Source: Chloroflexota bacterium (lineage in GTDB: Bacteria > Chloroflexota > UBA11872 > VXOZ01). Taken from it: a stretch of 64,000 nt of DNA. Under the pieces are notes generated by a model. It did not search any database. It was not told the origin of the DNA and saw nothing but the letters and a program-made list of their open reading frames with translations. Each line of letters begins with the position of its first letter. Position 1 is the stretch's first letter. Location of the stretch: assembly GCA_964291655.2 (NCBI GenBank), contig OZ219802.1:1984001-2048000 (forward strand), written 5' to 3'. Of the stretch, positions 42,689 through 52,732 are shown piece by piece. The position numbers and the translations under genes are program-made.

Positions 42689-43691
42689 TTAGCTCCGCGG
42701 ATATTTCTCTGTCGGGTTGTACCCTTACGGTAACAGTAAGCGATTGCTTCCGTCTGCGCCCATAGCAATTTCAATTGACGAATAGCGTTTCGGACCGAAG
42801 TGACAGACGAATCAGCCCATCGCTGCCAGCTTGACGCCCTGCAGCGGTCAGCCGTTTCGCCCCACCACCGTACCTTGCACACCCATCCCTTTGCGGCAGG
42901 ATGCACGCAATTTGGCGTTGCCGAACACCACTTGAACCAAAGCGGCGAGGCTTGAGACACAATTTCGCAGTTCCGGTCGAGCAACTGGACCTACAAGCTG
43001 CGCCAACTTCCTACAAGATTCGCCACAGGTATGTCCTGCTCAGTCGCATCGACTGCATTGTGAAGGATGTAGGGCTTACATGGGGGCACCTTGGCCCTCT
43101 GGCGACACCGATATTGCGGTACAGTTACCCTGTTGAACTCCAACTATCAAGCAGTTTGCGGCCAGCCTTGTGACAATAGTAACAGGCCAATCGATAGACG
43201 TAGACCTTGTCAATACCCCGATATGTTTGGTGTACGAAAGAGGGGGTATTATGCAAACTCTACGGCTTTGCATGTAAAGTCAAGAGAGACCCCAGACCTG
43301 TCAACCCCGTATGTTGTGCAGTATGCACAGATTCAGCAACCGCTGAGTATCGTTGTGCTGCATAGCATTGCTGCCCACCACGTTGAGATACTGCCGAAAA
43401 GCGAATTCTTATCAATCTCTTAGGAAACTTTGCAGGGTTGAATTCGTGCAAAAAGCGACTTTTCCCTGTTATGGCGCGCATCAATCGCATTTGCAGAAGC
43501 TTGACAGCAGCCGCCAATATTAGATATCCTTGACCTGCATGTGAAATTGCACACAAAGTGACAAATCGTGTCAATTTAGGAGCAAGGCAGAGGTTACCGG
43601 AGTAGTTGGTGCGCTTGCGCAGCTTGTTCGTGTGCAGCATGCGTTCGGTTCTCTTTTGGGTATTCGTGTTCAGTTTCTGCTGGAGGTTCCG

Positions 43692-44162
43692 ATGGAGGCA
43701 ACAGTTCAAGTTCTTACCTGTGCGCGCTGCGAGACCGATATTACCGGTCAGCGTGACGGTAAATCCAAGCGCGCCGGCCTGTGTGCGCGTTGCGGCCGCG
43801 CCGAGCGGCTCTCTACGTATTTCAAGCGTTACTATCAAAGCAACAAGGACAAGATTCTGGAGAAGAATCGCAGGTGGGCGCGGGAGAATAAGGAGCGTGT
43901 CGCCGAGTTGCGCCGCATCCGCTTGAGCAAGCAGCCCAAGAAGCCCAAGGAACCGAAGTTCTGCATCGATTGCGGCACAGTTGTGCAGCGTGCGTTGCGC
44001 TGTCGCAAGTGCTACGTGCGTAACAAGTACCACACGGACGATGAGTATCGCCGCAAGCGCCTTATCACGACCAAGCGCTGGGCCCAGAAGAAGCGGGAAG
44101 AAGCCCGCCTCTACAAGATGGTCGATTCGGCGGAGACTGAGGCGCAACCGGTAGGACGCTAG
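43692..44162 (+). CDS. Hypothetical basic Zn-finger protein
   Basis: SD GGAGG; CARC, CARC, CIDC, CRKC; very K/R-rich; followed by a perfect palindrome. Confidence 0.8.
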   Translation: MEATVQVLTCARCETDITGQRDGKSKRAGLCARCGRAERLSTYFKRYYQSNKDKILEKNRRWARENKERVAELRRIRLSKQPKKPKEPKFCIDCGTVVQRALRCRKCYVRNKYHTDDEYRRKRLITTKRWAQKKREEARLYKMVDSAETEAQPVGR

Positions 44163-44212
44163 AAGAGTAGACTGAGAGTCTGCCGTCGGTTTTGCTGAAG
44201 AGTGTGAGATTC

Positions 44213-44246
44213 AAGAAGCCGCGAGCGCATGCGCTCGCGGCTTCTT
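44213..44246. terminator. Perfect 34-bp palindrome, likely bidirectional terminator
   Basis: AAGAAGCCGCGAGCGCA|TGCGCTCGCGGCTTCTT between convergent CDS and tRNA genes. Confidence 0.75.
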
Positions 44247-44483
44247 CATTTGCGCAGATGGATGGACACGGGCAACACGCCCAGGCTCATGAGAGGACAC
44301 CAAGCCTACATACTGCCAGGGAGTATGTGATCGAAACAGAGGGTAGCGGCGCGGCAGTCACAGATAGTACGCCACGAACGCATGCCTAGCTTACGCCAAG
44401 TAAGAGAAGGATCGTGGATTCCACGATCCTTCTCGCGCTGCCAATTATCCGAAGCCGCTGCCGGGCAGCGCTTCTAAGGGGGG

Positions 44484-44558
44484 CGGTCCCGACCGGATTC
44501 GAACCGGCGATCTCAGCCTTGACAGGGCCGTGTGTTAGGCCAACTACACCACGGGACC
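44484..44558 (-). tRNA. tRNA-Asp(GTC)
   Basis: GGTCCCGTGGTGTAGTTGGCCTAACAC-CGGCC CT GTC AA GGCTG-GGTTCGAATCC-CGGGACCG. Confidence 0.96.
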
Positions 44559-44592
44559 AAAGCGTTCTCTATCACGCGGAGAACTATCGCGG

Positions 44593-44676
44593 TGGGCCGG
44601 GGAGGATTCGAACCTCCGTAGCCATTACGGCGCCAGATTTACAGTCTGGTGGTTTTGACCGCTCGCCCACCGACCC
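44593..44676 (-). tRNA. tRNA-Tyr(GTA)
   Basis: GGGTCGGTGGGCGAGCGGTCAAAAC-CCAGA CT GTA AA TCTGG-long variable arm-GGTTCGAATCC. Confidence 0.96.
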
Positions 44677-44744
44677 ATAAATCAGGCAGCAAGCAGGTAT
44701 ACGCTCATACCTGGATTCAGTATAGCAGTGAATACCCCTCTTTG

Positions 44745-45635
44745 TCACCTTGTTTTCGCCCCGCTCTGCGCTGTTAACCACTCCTCATATGCGGCGCGAA
44801 ATCGCTGCGTGACCGGGCCCGGAACGCCGGCGCCAAGCGGCCGTCCGTCTACGGCGCTTACCGGCATTATGCCCATGAGGGCGTTCGTCAGAAAGACCTC
44901 GTCAGCCTGGAACAACGCTGCCTCGTCGAGCCGCGAGACATTGACGCCGCACTGCAGCTTCTGTGCCAGTTCTCCACACACCAGAGCGCGTATCGTACCC
45001 GGCAACGCGCCGTCTGCAACCGGTGGCGTGCGTAAGCGACCTGCTTGCACGCAAAAGACATTCGCGGTTGTGGCGCACACCACGCTGCCTTGCGTGTTGA
45101 GCAGCAAGGCCTCATCGGCGTCTTTCTCCATCGCTTCTTGGCAGGCGACAACATTGTCCAGATTGCACAGCGACTTGACGCGGGACAGGGGCGACTGCTC
45201 ATTCCGGCGTACTCTGCGGCTGACTATCACTTGCATCCCGTTGCGATAGAGGTGGGCCGGGTAAGGAGCGAAGGGCGTGGCGCGAATGAGGAGTGTCGGT
45301 AGGGTGTCGCCTGGCGGCAGGAGACCCCGCGTGGCACTGGTCCCGCGCGTAACCGTGAGGCGGACGGTGGCTTCGCACAGGTTGTTGGCGTGCAGCGTCC
45401 GGTCGATCGCTTCGCGCAGTTCATCCAAGGTCCAGGGCAACGCAAGTCCAAGCGCTTGTGCTCCGCCGCGCAGCCGTTCCCAGTGCCGATCCCACTGCAG
45501 CACGCGCCCGCGCACAACGCGCATTGTCTCGAATAGCCCGTCCCCAAGCAGCAAACCCCGGTCAAGCGGCGAGACCGCATCGGAGCTTTCTGGCACGAGT
45601 TGCCCGTTCACATAGCATATGGGTTTGCCGCTCAT
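44745..45635 (-). CDS. Class IV aminotransferase (IlvE/PabC-like)
   Basis: DRGLLLGDGLFETMR, H.ERL, RVKS, GALPGTIR, DEVFLTNA. Confidence 0.92.
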   Translation of the reverse strand: MSGKPICYVNGQLVPESSDAVSPLDRGLLLGDGLFETMRVVRGRVLQWDRHWERLRGGAQALGLALPWTLDELREAIDRTLHANNLCEATVRLTVTRGTSATRGLLPPGDTLPTLLIRATPFAPYPAHLYRNGMQVIVSRRVRRNEQSPLSRVKSLCNLDNVVACQEAMEKDADEALLLNTQGSVVCATTANVFCVQAGRLRTPPVADGALPGTIRALVCGELAQKLQCGVNVSRLDEAALFQADEVFLTNALMGIMPVSAVDGRPLGAGVPGPVTQRFRAAYEEWLTAQSGAKTR

Positions 45636-46227
45636 ACGTGCTTCCTTGCCGCACGAAATCCGCGCTCTTGCCACCAATATACCCTTGCTCAACATCCGCC
45701 CGAAGCACGAGAGGTCTCCGCTCTCCTTGGGGAGAGAGGGCCGCCGCGAAAGGATCCTGGCTGGTACGGTTCATCATCCCTACGGAGACTCTGCGGCCTG
45801 TGTGAAACAGGCAAGACTACGGAAACTCTCCCTCGCCTCCCGTTTCGCGTGCGGGGCGGGCAGCTAGTGCTCACCCGCCGGAGCGCCTTGCATGACCCTT
45901 GCCCAGGCGAGATAGCCCCCTCTCTCCCTCCTGCTGGGCGAGAGTCGGGCTGGGGGGATTTAGAACGGCTTCACGGCTACTACCTACCCCCCCCTCCTGG
46001 ATTCCGGCTTGCGCCGGAATGACGGATGTTTTCAAAGTCCTCCTCGACAGGAGAGGGTTAGAGCCTGGTCCGTACTCGATCCAGCGTTTCGACACGAAAC
46101 GGGGGTGAGGGTGAATCTCCTAAAATCTCTCCGAATGCAAATCGATTCTGTTCTCATATGACTTTACACGTCACAAATCAAAGGGACATTGTAGCTGCGA
46201 GTCCCCCTCACCCCAGCCCTCTCCCCC

Positions 46228-46515
46228 TGTACAGACCGGGGACATAGGTAACAGTTGTTCGGGGACATGGGTTACACATTTTACTGATTGACACCTACGA
46301 GAGCATTGGGTTGGTCCGGGTTTGATAAGAGACTGGCGACACAGTGCACTCACTTTCCGCCTGTCAGCTTGTGCCAGAGAAACAAACAGTGTGCATAAGG
46401 ATATTGAGTGGATCTAACTTTCAAGGCAAGGACATCGCATACTACGAAAACCCCCTCGTTCTATGGTGTTACCTATGAGCCCGAACAACTGTTACCCATG
46501 TCCCCGGTCTATACA
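46228..46515. mobile_element. 288-bp IS481-derived MITE (copy 2)
   Basis: Near-identical to 15952..16239; TSD CCCCC. Confidence 0.92.
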
Positions 46516-46731
46516 CCCCCAAGGAGAGGGAGGTATTCTCGCCTGCAAGTGAGTTTCGCAATGGCCTCCGCTGGGGGAGGAGACTTTCGCGCCTCGGCAA
46601 AGTTCTTGCACGAGTCTCCTGCGGGAGAGGGGGCCTTTAATCCAACAGAAGTCTGTTTATTTCCGCCGCGTCGTGCTGATGGCTTGGCCCCCGCAGGAGG
46701 ATGCGTTCTCAGGTAGTGCCTCCACCGAGAA

Positions 46732-47961
46732 CTATGAATATACTGCCTGCAGTTGGTCCACGTTTCGTTGCACCTTGGCGATGGCGGCAGCGATGTCATC
46801 CATGGCGCTCTGGTCGGCGAGAAGCGTGGTCTGGCCGATCCAGGCCGCTTCCTCGTGGCACAGCCGCTCGGTGACCGGACACGGCTCAGCGCGAAAACCG
46901 CCGATTGAGCCTTTCACCGAGCCGTCGGACTTATCGAACATGGGGTTGTCATACAGCGGCCACGGGTAGCCGCTGGACATGCCGATGCCCTCCGCCTGCA
47001 CCGCCTGCAGGAAGGTCTCACGGTCGGTGCCGAACTCCTCGGCATCCAGACGCATGGGATAGATGTGGTAGCCGTGCTGCGTAACCTCCGGCGCAAGCGC
47101 CTGCACGGTAAGACCTGGGACTTCCTCAAGCATACTGGAGAGATACGCTGCGTTCCGGTTGCGCCGTTTCGTGTGCTCGTCGAGCCGCTCGAGTTGCGGC
47201 AGGCAAACAGCCGCTTGAAACTCGTTCATGGGGTAGGCCTGGCCGAGCTCGTGGTGCTCGTACCACGGGCGGCCGTTCTTGCGGCCAAAGCACGCCAGCG
47301 TGTAGAAGCAGCGTTCCCATTGGGCTTCGTTGTCGGTAGTCGCCAGGCCGCCTTCGCCGCAGGTCATGTTCTTGGCCTGGTTGAAGCTGTAGGAATTCAG
47401 GTCGCCCCAGCCGCCCACTTTCTTGCCGGCCCATTCGGTGCCGTGAGCGTGGGCGCAATCAACGATGACGGCGAGGTCGTGAGCCTTTGCAATGGCGCCA
47501 AGTTCGTCAATCTGTGCCGGGTAGCCGCCAAAGTGCACGGGTATGATGGCGCGGGTGCGGGGCGTGATGGCAGCGGCCACTGCCGCCGGATCGAGACAGA
47601 GCGAGTTGGGGTCTACGTCGGCAAACACCACGTCAGCGCCGACGTACATGGGCGCAAAAGCCGTGGCCATGAAGGTGAAGGCCGGCACGATCACCTCGTC
47701 GCCGGGTCCAATGTCAAAAGCCCGCAGGCCGATGTCCAGGCCCGCCGTGCAGCTCGTAAGCGGTATCCCAAACAAGGCGTCGTGGTAGTCGCAGAAACGC
47801 GCGTTGAGTTCCATTACCATCGGGCCGTGGGCCGTGCCGCCCCATCGGCTGCTCTCCAGCACCTGGTGCAAGAGTTCCTCTTCTCGCTCACCGTGCTGAG
47901 GCCAGGAAGGGAACTTTGTCGTACATACCGGCGTGCCGCCGCGTATCGCTAATTTCTCCAT
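46732..47961 (-). CDS. DegT/DnrJ/EryC1/StrS PLP-dependent aminotransferase
   Basis: KLAIRGG.P, GDEVIVPAFTF.AT, DCAHAHG, SFNQAKNMTCGEGG. Confidence 0.93.
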   Translation of the reverse strand: MEKLAIRGGTPVCTTKFPSWPQHGEREEELLHQVLESSRWGGTAHGPMVMELNARFCDYHDALFGIPLTSCTAGLDIGLRAFDIGPGDEVIVPAFTFMATAFAPMYVGADVVFADVDPNSLCLDPAAVAAAITPRTRAIIPVHFGGYPAQIDELGAIAKAHDLAVIVDCAHAHGTEWAGKKVGGWGDLNSYSFNQAKNMTCGEGGLATTDNEAQWERCFYTLACFGRKNGRPWYEHHELGQAYPMNEFQAAVCLPQLERLDEHTKRRNRNAAYLSSMLEEVPGLTVQALAPEVTQHGYHIYPMRLDAEEFGTDRETFLQAVQAEGIGMSSGYPWPLYDNPMFDKSDGSVKGSIGGFRAEPCPVTERLCHEEAAWIGQTTLLADQSAMDDIAAAIAKVQRNVDQLQAVYS

Positions 47962-48322
47962 AGACTTTCTTTTCTCCTGATTCTCAGCGCCCATTGCGTG
48001 TGGGTGTGTCGCACACCAGGCGCGCACGGCGCGACCAGCGCCCAGCATTTGGTGATTTCACCATGCCGCCCCTGCGAGGGCAGTCGTATCCCCGCGCGCT
48101 TCTCTTGTTTCCCTATCTTAGCCTAATCATGTTCCAGGTACGAGACTTGGCTTGGTGGGGCGAGACAGGCGGTTGAGGACGCAATGCTGATAGCTGCGCA
48201 GATTGACTCTTTCCGTTCAAATACGGCAACGCAACATCAGCGACGTGTTCCATTCGTATTCTTCCTCAATTGGGCACGGAAGCGGGGGGCAAGCCCCCGC
48301 GCTACGAAGAAGATGTCATTCC

Positions 48323-48564
48323 TGTAAGTGTTGAGTAATTCGTTGACAGAATTGAGAACAAAAGCAACCTTTCGCAGTGTTAGACATGACTAGTACACAT
48401 GTCATTCCGAACGAAGCGCAGCGAAGAGAGGAATCTAGTGTGCTGAAGCCGTTAAAGTGCGTTGAGCAGGGACCCTAGATTCCTCGCTCCGCTCGGAATG
48501 ACATGCACCGTCAACTCCTCAGAATGGAAAGCGGATTCTGTCAGCGATTTACCTGACACTTACA
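48323..48564. mobile_element. MITE, TGTAAGTG-ended family (copy 4)
   Basis: Same TIRs; flanks GTCATTCC / ATTTCCGAGCG. Confidence 0.8.
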
Positions 48565-48792
48565 ATTTCCGAGCGGAGCGTCGAACAGGGTTCGCGGAAT
48601 CTAAGGTGCTTCCCCCACAAGTTTCGCTGCTATTTGGGAACGGTATGCACTACTCGTGCCGTTTGTGATGAATGGTCAAGGGGCAAAGGGCAATAAGGCG
48701 TGAGAGGTTGAGCGCAAGGCTGATTAAGGTCTACGATAGGAATGAGTTCTCTCATTACGTCTCGATGATAATTTGCAAAGAGGCACACTGTC

Positions 48793-49512
48793 ATGGCAAC
48801 AAGAATAGGCTTCATCACCGACGTGCATGGCAATGCGCCGGCGCTGCGGGCCGTGCTGGCGGAACTGGCGCGGGAGGACGACCTGTCCCACATCTACGGC
48901 GCAGGCGACCTGATCGGCATTGGACCGTACACCAATGAGGCGCTGGAACTGCTGTTCGGAATGCCTAGTTTCTCAAGTGTCGCGGGTAATCACGAAGACT
49001 GTATCCTGGCGCTGTTGGCCGGTGAAGTGCCCAACAGTCCGCCGGGAATGGCAGAACATCACCAGTGGGTTGCAAATGAACTTGACCGCCGCTTCGTGCC
49101 GCAGTTGACAGCACTGCCCTGCATGCTGTCGCCGCAACATGGCGACCTGGAGCTCTTCATCGCTCACTACCACCTGGATGCGGCGCAGAAGCTGCTGCCG
49201 ATAGACCCGGAGCCCACGTTGGCAAAGCTCGACGCGCACTATGGCGAACATCCTGCCGCCGCGGTCCTCACCGGCCACCACCACGACGGCCACTTCTTTG
49301 CAAGGCCGGGGCGCACATTCTTGAATCCTGGCGCACTCGGTTGCGGTACACAACCCGTGGCGCGGTACGCCGTGCTAACACTCGGAGAAGAAGGCATTGG
49401 CGTCGAACGGCGCGAGGTGGCGTACGATTGGGAGTGTTTTCTCCATGCGTACCGTGAGCGTAACGTGCCGGGTGGAGATTTTATCTTAGAACGCGTATTC
49501 GGACAGGCGTGA
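48793..49512 (+). CDS. Metallophosphoesterase (YfcE-like)
   Basis: DVHGN, GDLIG.GP, GNHE, GHHH, NPGALG. Confidence 0.92.
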   Translation: MATRIGFITDVHGNAPALRAVLAELAREDDLSHIYGAGDLIGIGPYTNEALELLFGMPSFSSVAGNHEDCILALLAGEVPNSPPGMAEHHQWVANELDRRFVPQLTALPCMLSPQHGDLELFIAHYHLDAAQKLLPIDPEPTLAKLDAHYGEHPAAAVLTGHHHDGHFFARPGRTFLNPGALGCGTQPVARYAVLTLGEEGIGVERREVAYDWECFLHAYRERNVPGGDFILERVFGQA

Positions 49513-49759
49513 GAGTGCGAAGCGACCCTTTTCGTGGAATGCTGAGCAGTCGGACTTTGAACTAAGCAGTGAAGGTGGATTCCGCGCCCCCGTGCGGTGC
49601 GAACTTGCGCGGGAATCACCATGGCCTTCCGAGAGTCCACATTAGGGATAGAAACTGCGGTCGCCTTTTTGACCGTCATTCCGGCGAAAGCCGGAATCCA
49701 GGGCGCGGGCGGTGAAGATGGATTCCGCCGCTCGAGCGGAGGCGAGCTTGCGCGGGAAT

Positions 49760-50177
49760 TGTAAGTGTCAGGTGATTGGTTGACAGATTTGGTAGGCATT
49801 GTCGGTGGTACCAACGTCATGTTTGACCACATCACATGTCATTCCGAACGAAGCGCAGCGCAGAGAGGAATCTAAAGTGCTAAGCCAAACAGACACGCTC
49901 GACGTGAACACTAGATTCCGCGAACTCTGTTCGACACTGCGCTCGGAATGACATTAGTTGTCAACGCAATCTAGAAGTCAGGAGAATCTGTCAACGAATT
50001 AGTCAGCATTTACAAATCCGAACGAAGCGAAGTGAAGTAAGGAGTCTAAGATGTTGCGCCTTTTACGCGACATGTAGCATGGGCCCTAGATTCCTCGCTG
50101 CGCTTGGAATGACATGAACTGTCAATACATCAAGTGGAAGGGGAAGGGTCTTAGCAACGAATTGCTCAATATTTACA
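49760..50177. mobile_element. MITE, TGTAAGTG-ended family, composite with one left end and two right ends (50014, 50177)
   Basis: Outer flanks GGAAT / GGAGT within a GCGGGAAT-GACGG palindrome arm; inner right end followed by AATCCGAACG. Confidence 0.7.
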
Positions 50178-50301
50178 GGAGTGACGGACTACCGCACGAA
50201 ATGACAGGATGGATACCATTCTGCTTTGACGGAGTGTGATGAAAGCAAGAGTACACCGCTGCCGCAGCAACGTGAAATCGCAGTAGACGAAAGGACCGCA
50301 T

Positions 50302-51717
50302 ATGGCAAATGAAGAAACCCGCACCGAGCGGGATTCGATGGGTGAAATGGAAGTGCCCGCCGATGCGTATTACGGCGCCTCGACGCAGCGGGCGGTGCTG
50401 AATTTTCCCATCAGCGACTTGCGCTTTCCGCGCCGGTTCATCCAGGCGCTCGGCTTGATCAAGCAGAAGGCGGCGGAGACGAATCAAGAGCTTGGTCTAC
50501 TGGACGAAAGACCGGCGGGCGCCATCATGCAGGCGGCGCAGGAAGTGGCGGACGGCGCGCTGGACGGCGAATTCGTGCTCGATATCTTCCAGACCGGCTC
50601 CGGCACGTCCACCAACATGAACGCCAATGAGGTCATCGCCAACCGTGCGGTGGAGATTCTGGGAGAAGAGCGCGGCTCCCGCACGATCCATCCGAACGAC
50701 CACGTGAACATCTGCCAGTCGTCCAACGACGTGATTCCGGCGGCGATGCATCTGTCGGCGCTCCTGGGCATCCGCGAAGACCTGATCCCGGCATTGGCAC
50801 ACCTGCAACGCGCCCTAGTAGCCAAATCTGAAGAATTCATGCCAATCATCAAGACCGGCCGCACGCACTTGCAGGACGCCACGCCCATCCGCCTGGGGCA
50901 GGAGTTCCAGGGCTACGCCGGGCAGATCGAGCGGGCGATCAAGCACCTGCGCCACGCCGAGGACTGGTTGGGCGAAATTGCGCTCGGCGGCACGGCGGTG
51001 GGCACCGGCATCAACGCGCACCCCGAGTTTGCGCGCCGCGTCTGCGCCAAGCTGCGCGCCGCGACGGGCTACCATATCCGCGAGACTGAGAACCACTTCC
51101 AGGCCCAGAGCGCCATCGATACGTTCGTGATGACGAGCGGCATGCTCAATACCGTGGCCGTGGCGTTGCTCAAGATCGCCAACGACATCCGCTGGCTGGG
51201 ATCGGGTCCGCGCGCCGGGCTCGGCGAACTGCTGCTGCCGGAGGTGCAGCCGGGGAGCAGCATCATGCCCGGCAAGGTGAATCCGGTCATTCCCGAATCG
51301 GTGATCCAGGTCTGCGCGCAGGCCATGGGCAACCACCACGTGGTGACCCTGTCCGGCCAGTGGGGGTATTTCGAGCTCAATACCATGCTGCCGGTGGCGA
51401 CGTATAACGTCTTGCGACCCATTGGCCTGCTCAGCAAGGCGGCGGCGAACTTTGCCGACCAGTGCGTAAGCGGAATCCAGGCAACGGAACACGGCCCCGC
51501 CACCGTGGAGCGCGGCCTCATGACGGCCACGGCCTTGGCCCCACTCGTGGGCTACGACCAGGCTGCCGTGATCGCCAAGACTGCGTACGCCGAGAATAAG
51601 ACGGTTCGCGAAGTCGCCAAAGAGCTCACCGACCTCACCGACGCGCAACTTGACGAGGCGCTAGATCCGGCCAAGATGGTGCAACCGGGATTGAGCGGCA
51701 TCGCGGCGGGGGGATAG
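50302..51717 (+). CDS. fumC: Class II fumarate hydratase
   Basis: RTERDSMG, QTGSGTSTNMNANEV, HPNDHVN, KTGRTHLQDATP, GSSIMPGKVNP. Confidence 0.96.
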   Translation: MANEETRTERDSMGEMEVPADAYYGASTQRAVLNFPISDLRFPRRFIQALGLIKQKAAETNQELGLLDERPAGAIMQAAQEVADGALDGEFVLDIFQTGSGTSTNMNANEVIANRAVEILGEERGSRTIHPNDHVNICQSSNDVIPAAMHLSALLGIREDLIPALAHLQRALVAKSEEFMPIIKTGRTHLQDATPIRLGQEFQGYAGQIERAIKHLRHAEDWLGEIALGGTAVGTGINAHPEFARRVCAKLRAATGYHIRETENHFQAQSAIDTFVMTSGMLNTVAVALLKIANDIRWLGSGPRAGLGELLLPEVQPGSSIMPGKVNPVIPESVIQVCAQAMGNHHVVTLSGQWGYFELNTMLPVATYNVLRPIGLLSKAAANFADQCVSGIQATEHGPATVERGLMTATALAPLVGYDQAAVIAKTAYAENKTVREVAKELTDLTDAQLDEALDPAKMVQPGLSGIAAGG

Positions 51718-51983
51718 TATAGAGACACGCAGACCCTAGCCACGTTGCAAAGACATGGGGGTGAGTTGCAGATAGCGGTTGTACAAACCTGGCCCAACGA
51801 TGTCTGCGTGATTGGGTGCTCAAGGCTGCTAACATCAAGTTGTGCTTAGCCGCACAGGCCCCTACAAGAACTTGGTCATCCAAGCACTCGACTACCTTCG
51901 AGACGAGATTCGCACTTACTCGATACGTTTCTCAGCAATACGGAGGAGATGCTCGCCGACGGTGACTTCATGCTCTATGGGTC

Positions 51984-52013
51984 TTGCCGAGTGTACTGTG
52001 ATACCGTACACTC
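51984..52013 (+). promoter_or_regulatory. sigma70 promoter with overlapping operator palindrome for higBA
   Basis: TTGCCG-N17-TACACT; inverted repeat GAGTGTAC-N9-GTACACTC; ATG 7 nt after the -10. Confidence 0.72.
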
Positions 52014-52019
52014 AACTGT

Positions 52020-52310
52020 ATGGTCATTCGCTCCATCCGTCACAGGGGATTGCGTCGGCTAATCGAGGACGACAACCCTCGCTTCTTGGAAACTCAATTG
52101 GCCGGTCGAATTAGGAGGATCCTAACCGTGCTGCTCCTGGCCGAAGACATGAACGGCTTCTTATCCGATGCGCCTTCCGGTTGGCGCGTTCATCGGCTCT
52201 CGGGTGAACGGCAGGAGGAGTGGAGCGTTTCCGTATCGGGCAACTACCGTATGACATTCAAGGAACGGAATGGCCATATCGACCGCTTGAACCTGGAGGA
52301 CTATCACTGA
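52020..52310 (+). CDS. higB: HigB family toxin
   Basis: IRSIRHRGL.RL, WRVHRLSG.R...WSVSVSGNYRMTF, LEDYH. Confidence 0.92.
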   Translation: MVIRSIRHRGLRRLIEDDNPRFLETQLAGRIRRILTVLLLAEDMNGFLSDAPSGWRVHRLSGERQEEWSVSVSGNYRMTFKERNGHIDRLNLEDYH

Positions 52311-52615
52311 TGACTGCCGACGGTATCAAGGTAAGAATGACCCCCTCGCATCCAGGGGAGTTCATCCGTGCGGAGATCATCGAGCTGTTGGGTCTGAACG
52401 TGGCCAAGACCGCCGGCATCCTGGGTGTCCGGCGCGCCACGCTCTCAGACTTGCTGAACGGCAACGCGGCGCTGTCACCCGAAATGGCGCTGCGGATCGA
52501 GAAGGCGTTTGGCGTAAACATGGACATGCTGCTGCGAATGCAGGCCTGGCATGATGCCGCGCAGATGCGCGCCCGGGCAGATGAGATTAGAGTTGAGCGC
52601 TATCAGCCCGCTTGA
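52310..52615 (+). CDS. higA: HigA family antitoxin
   Basis: PSHPGEFIR.EI, LSPEMALRIEKAFG; TGATG coupling with higB. Confidence 0.92.
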   Translation: MTADGIKVRMTPSHPGEFIRAEIIELLGLNVAKTAGILGVRRATLSDLLNGNAALSPEMALRIEKAFGVNMDMLLRMQAWHDAAQMRARADEIRVERYQPA

Positions 52616-52732
52616 GCCGGCTGCTGACTCGACTGTCGCGCAAAGTGTTGTATGAGTCCTGACTGGGAAGAGGTCGGCTGGAATCGTCGCAAGCCGTAAC
52701 TCCCCAGTCATAGAAACAGGAGATGCCCCACC

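Noticed and set aside
43260-44147. 295-aa hydrophobic minus-strand ORF
   Set aside because: Antisense to the Lys/Glu-rich Zn-finger gene, which has the SD and terminator; Leu richness is an antisense artefact
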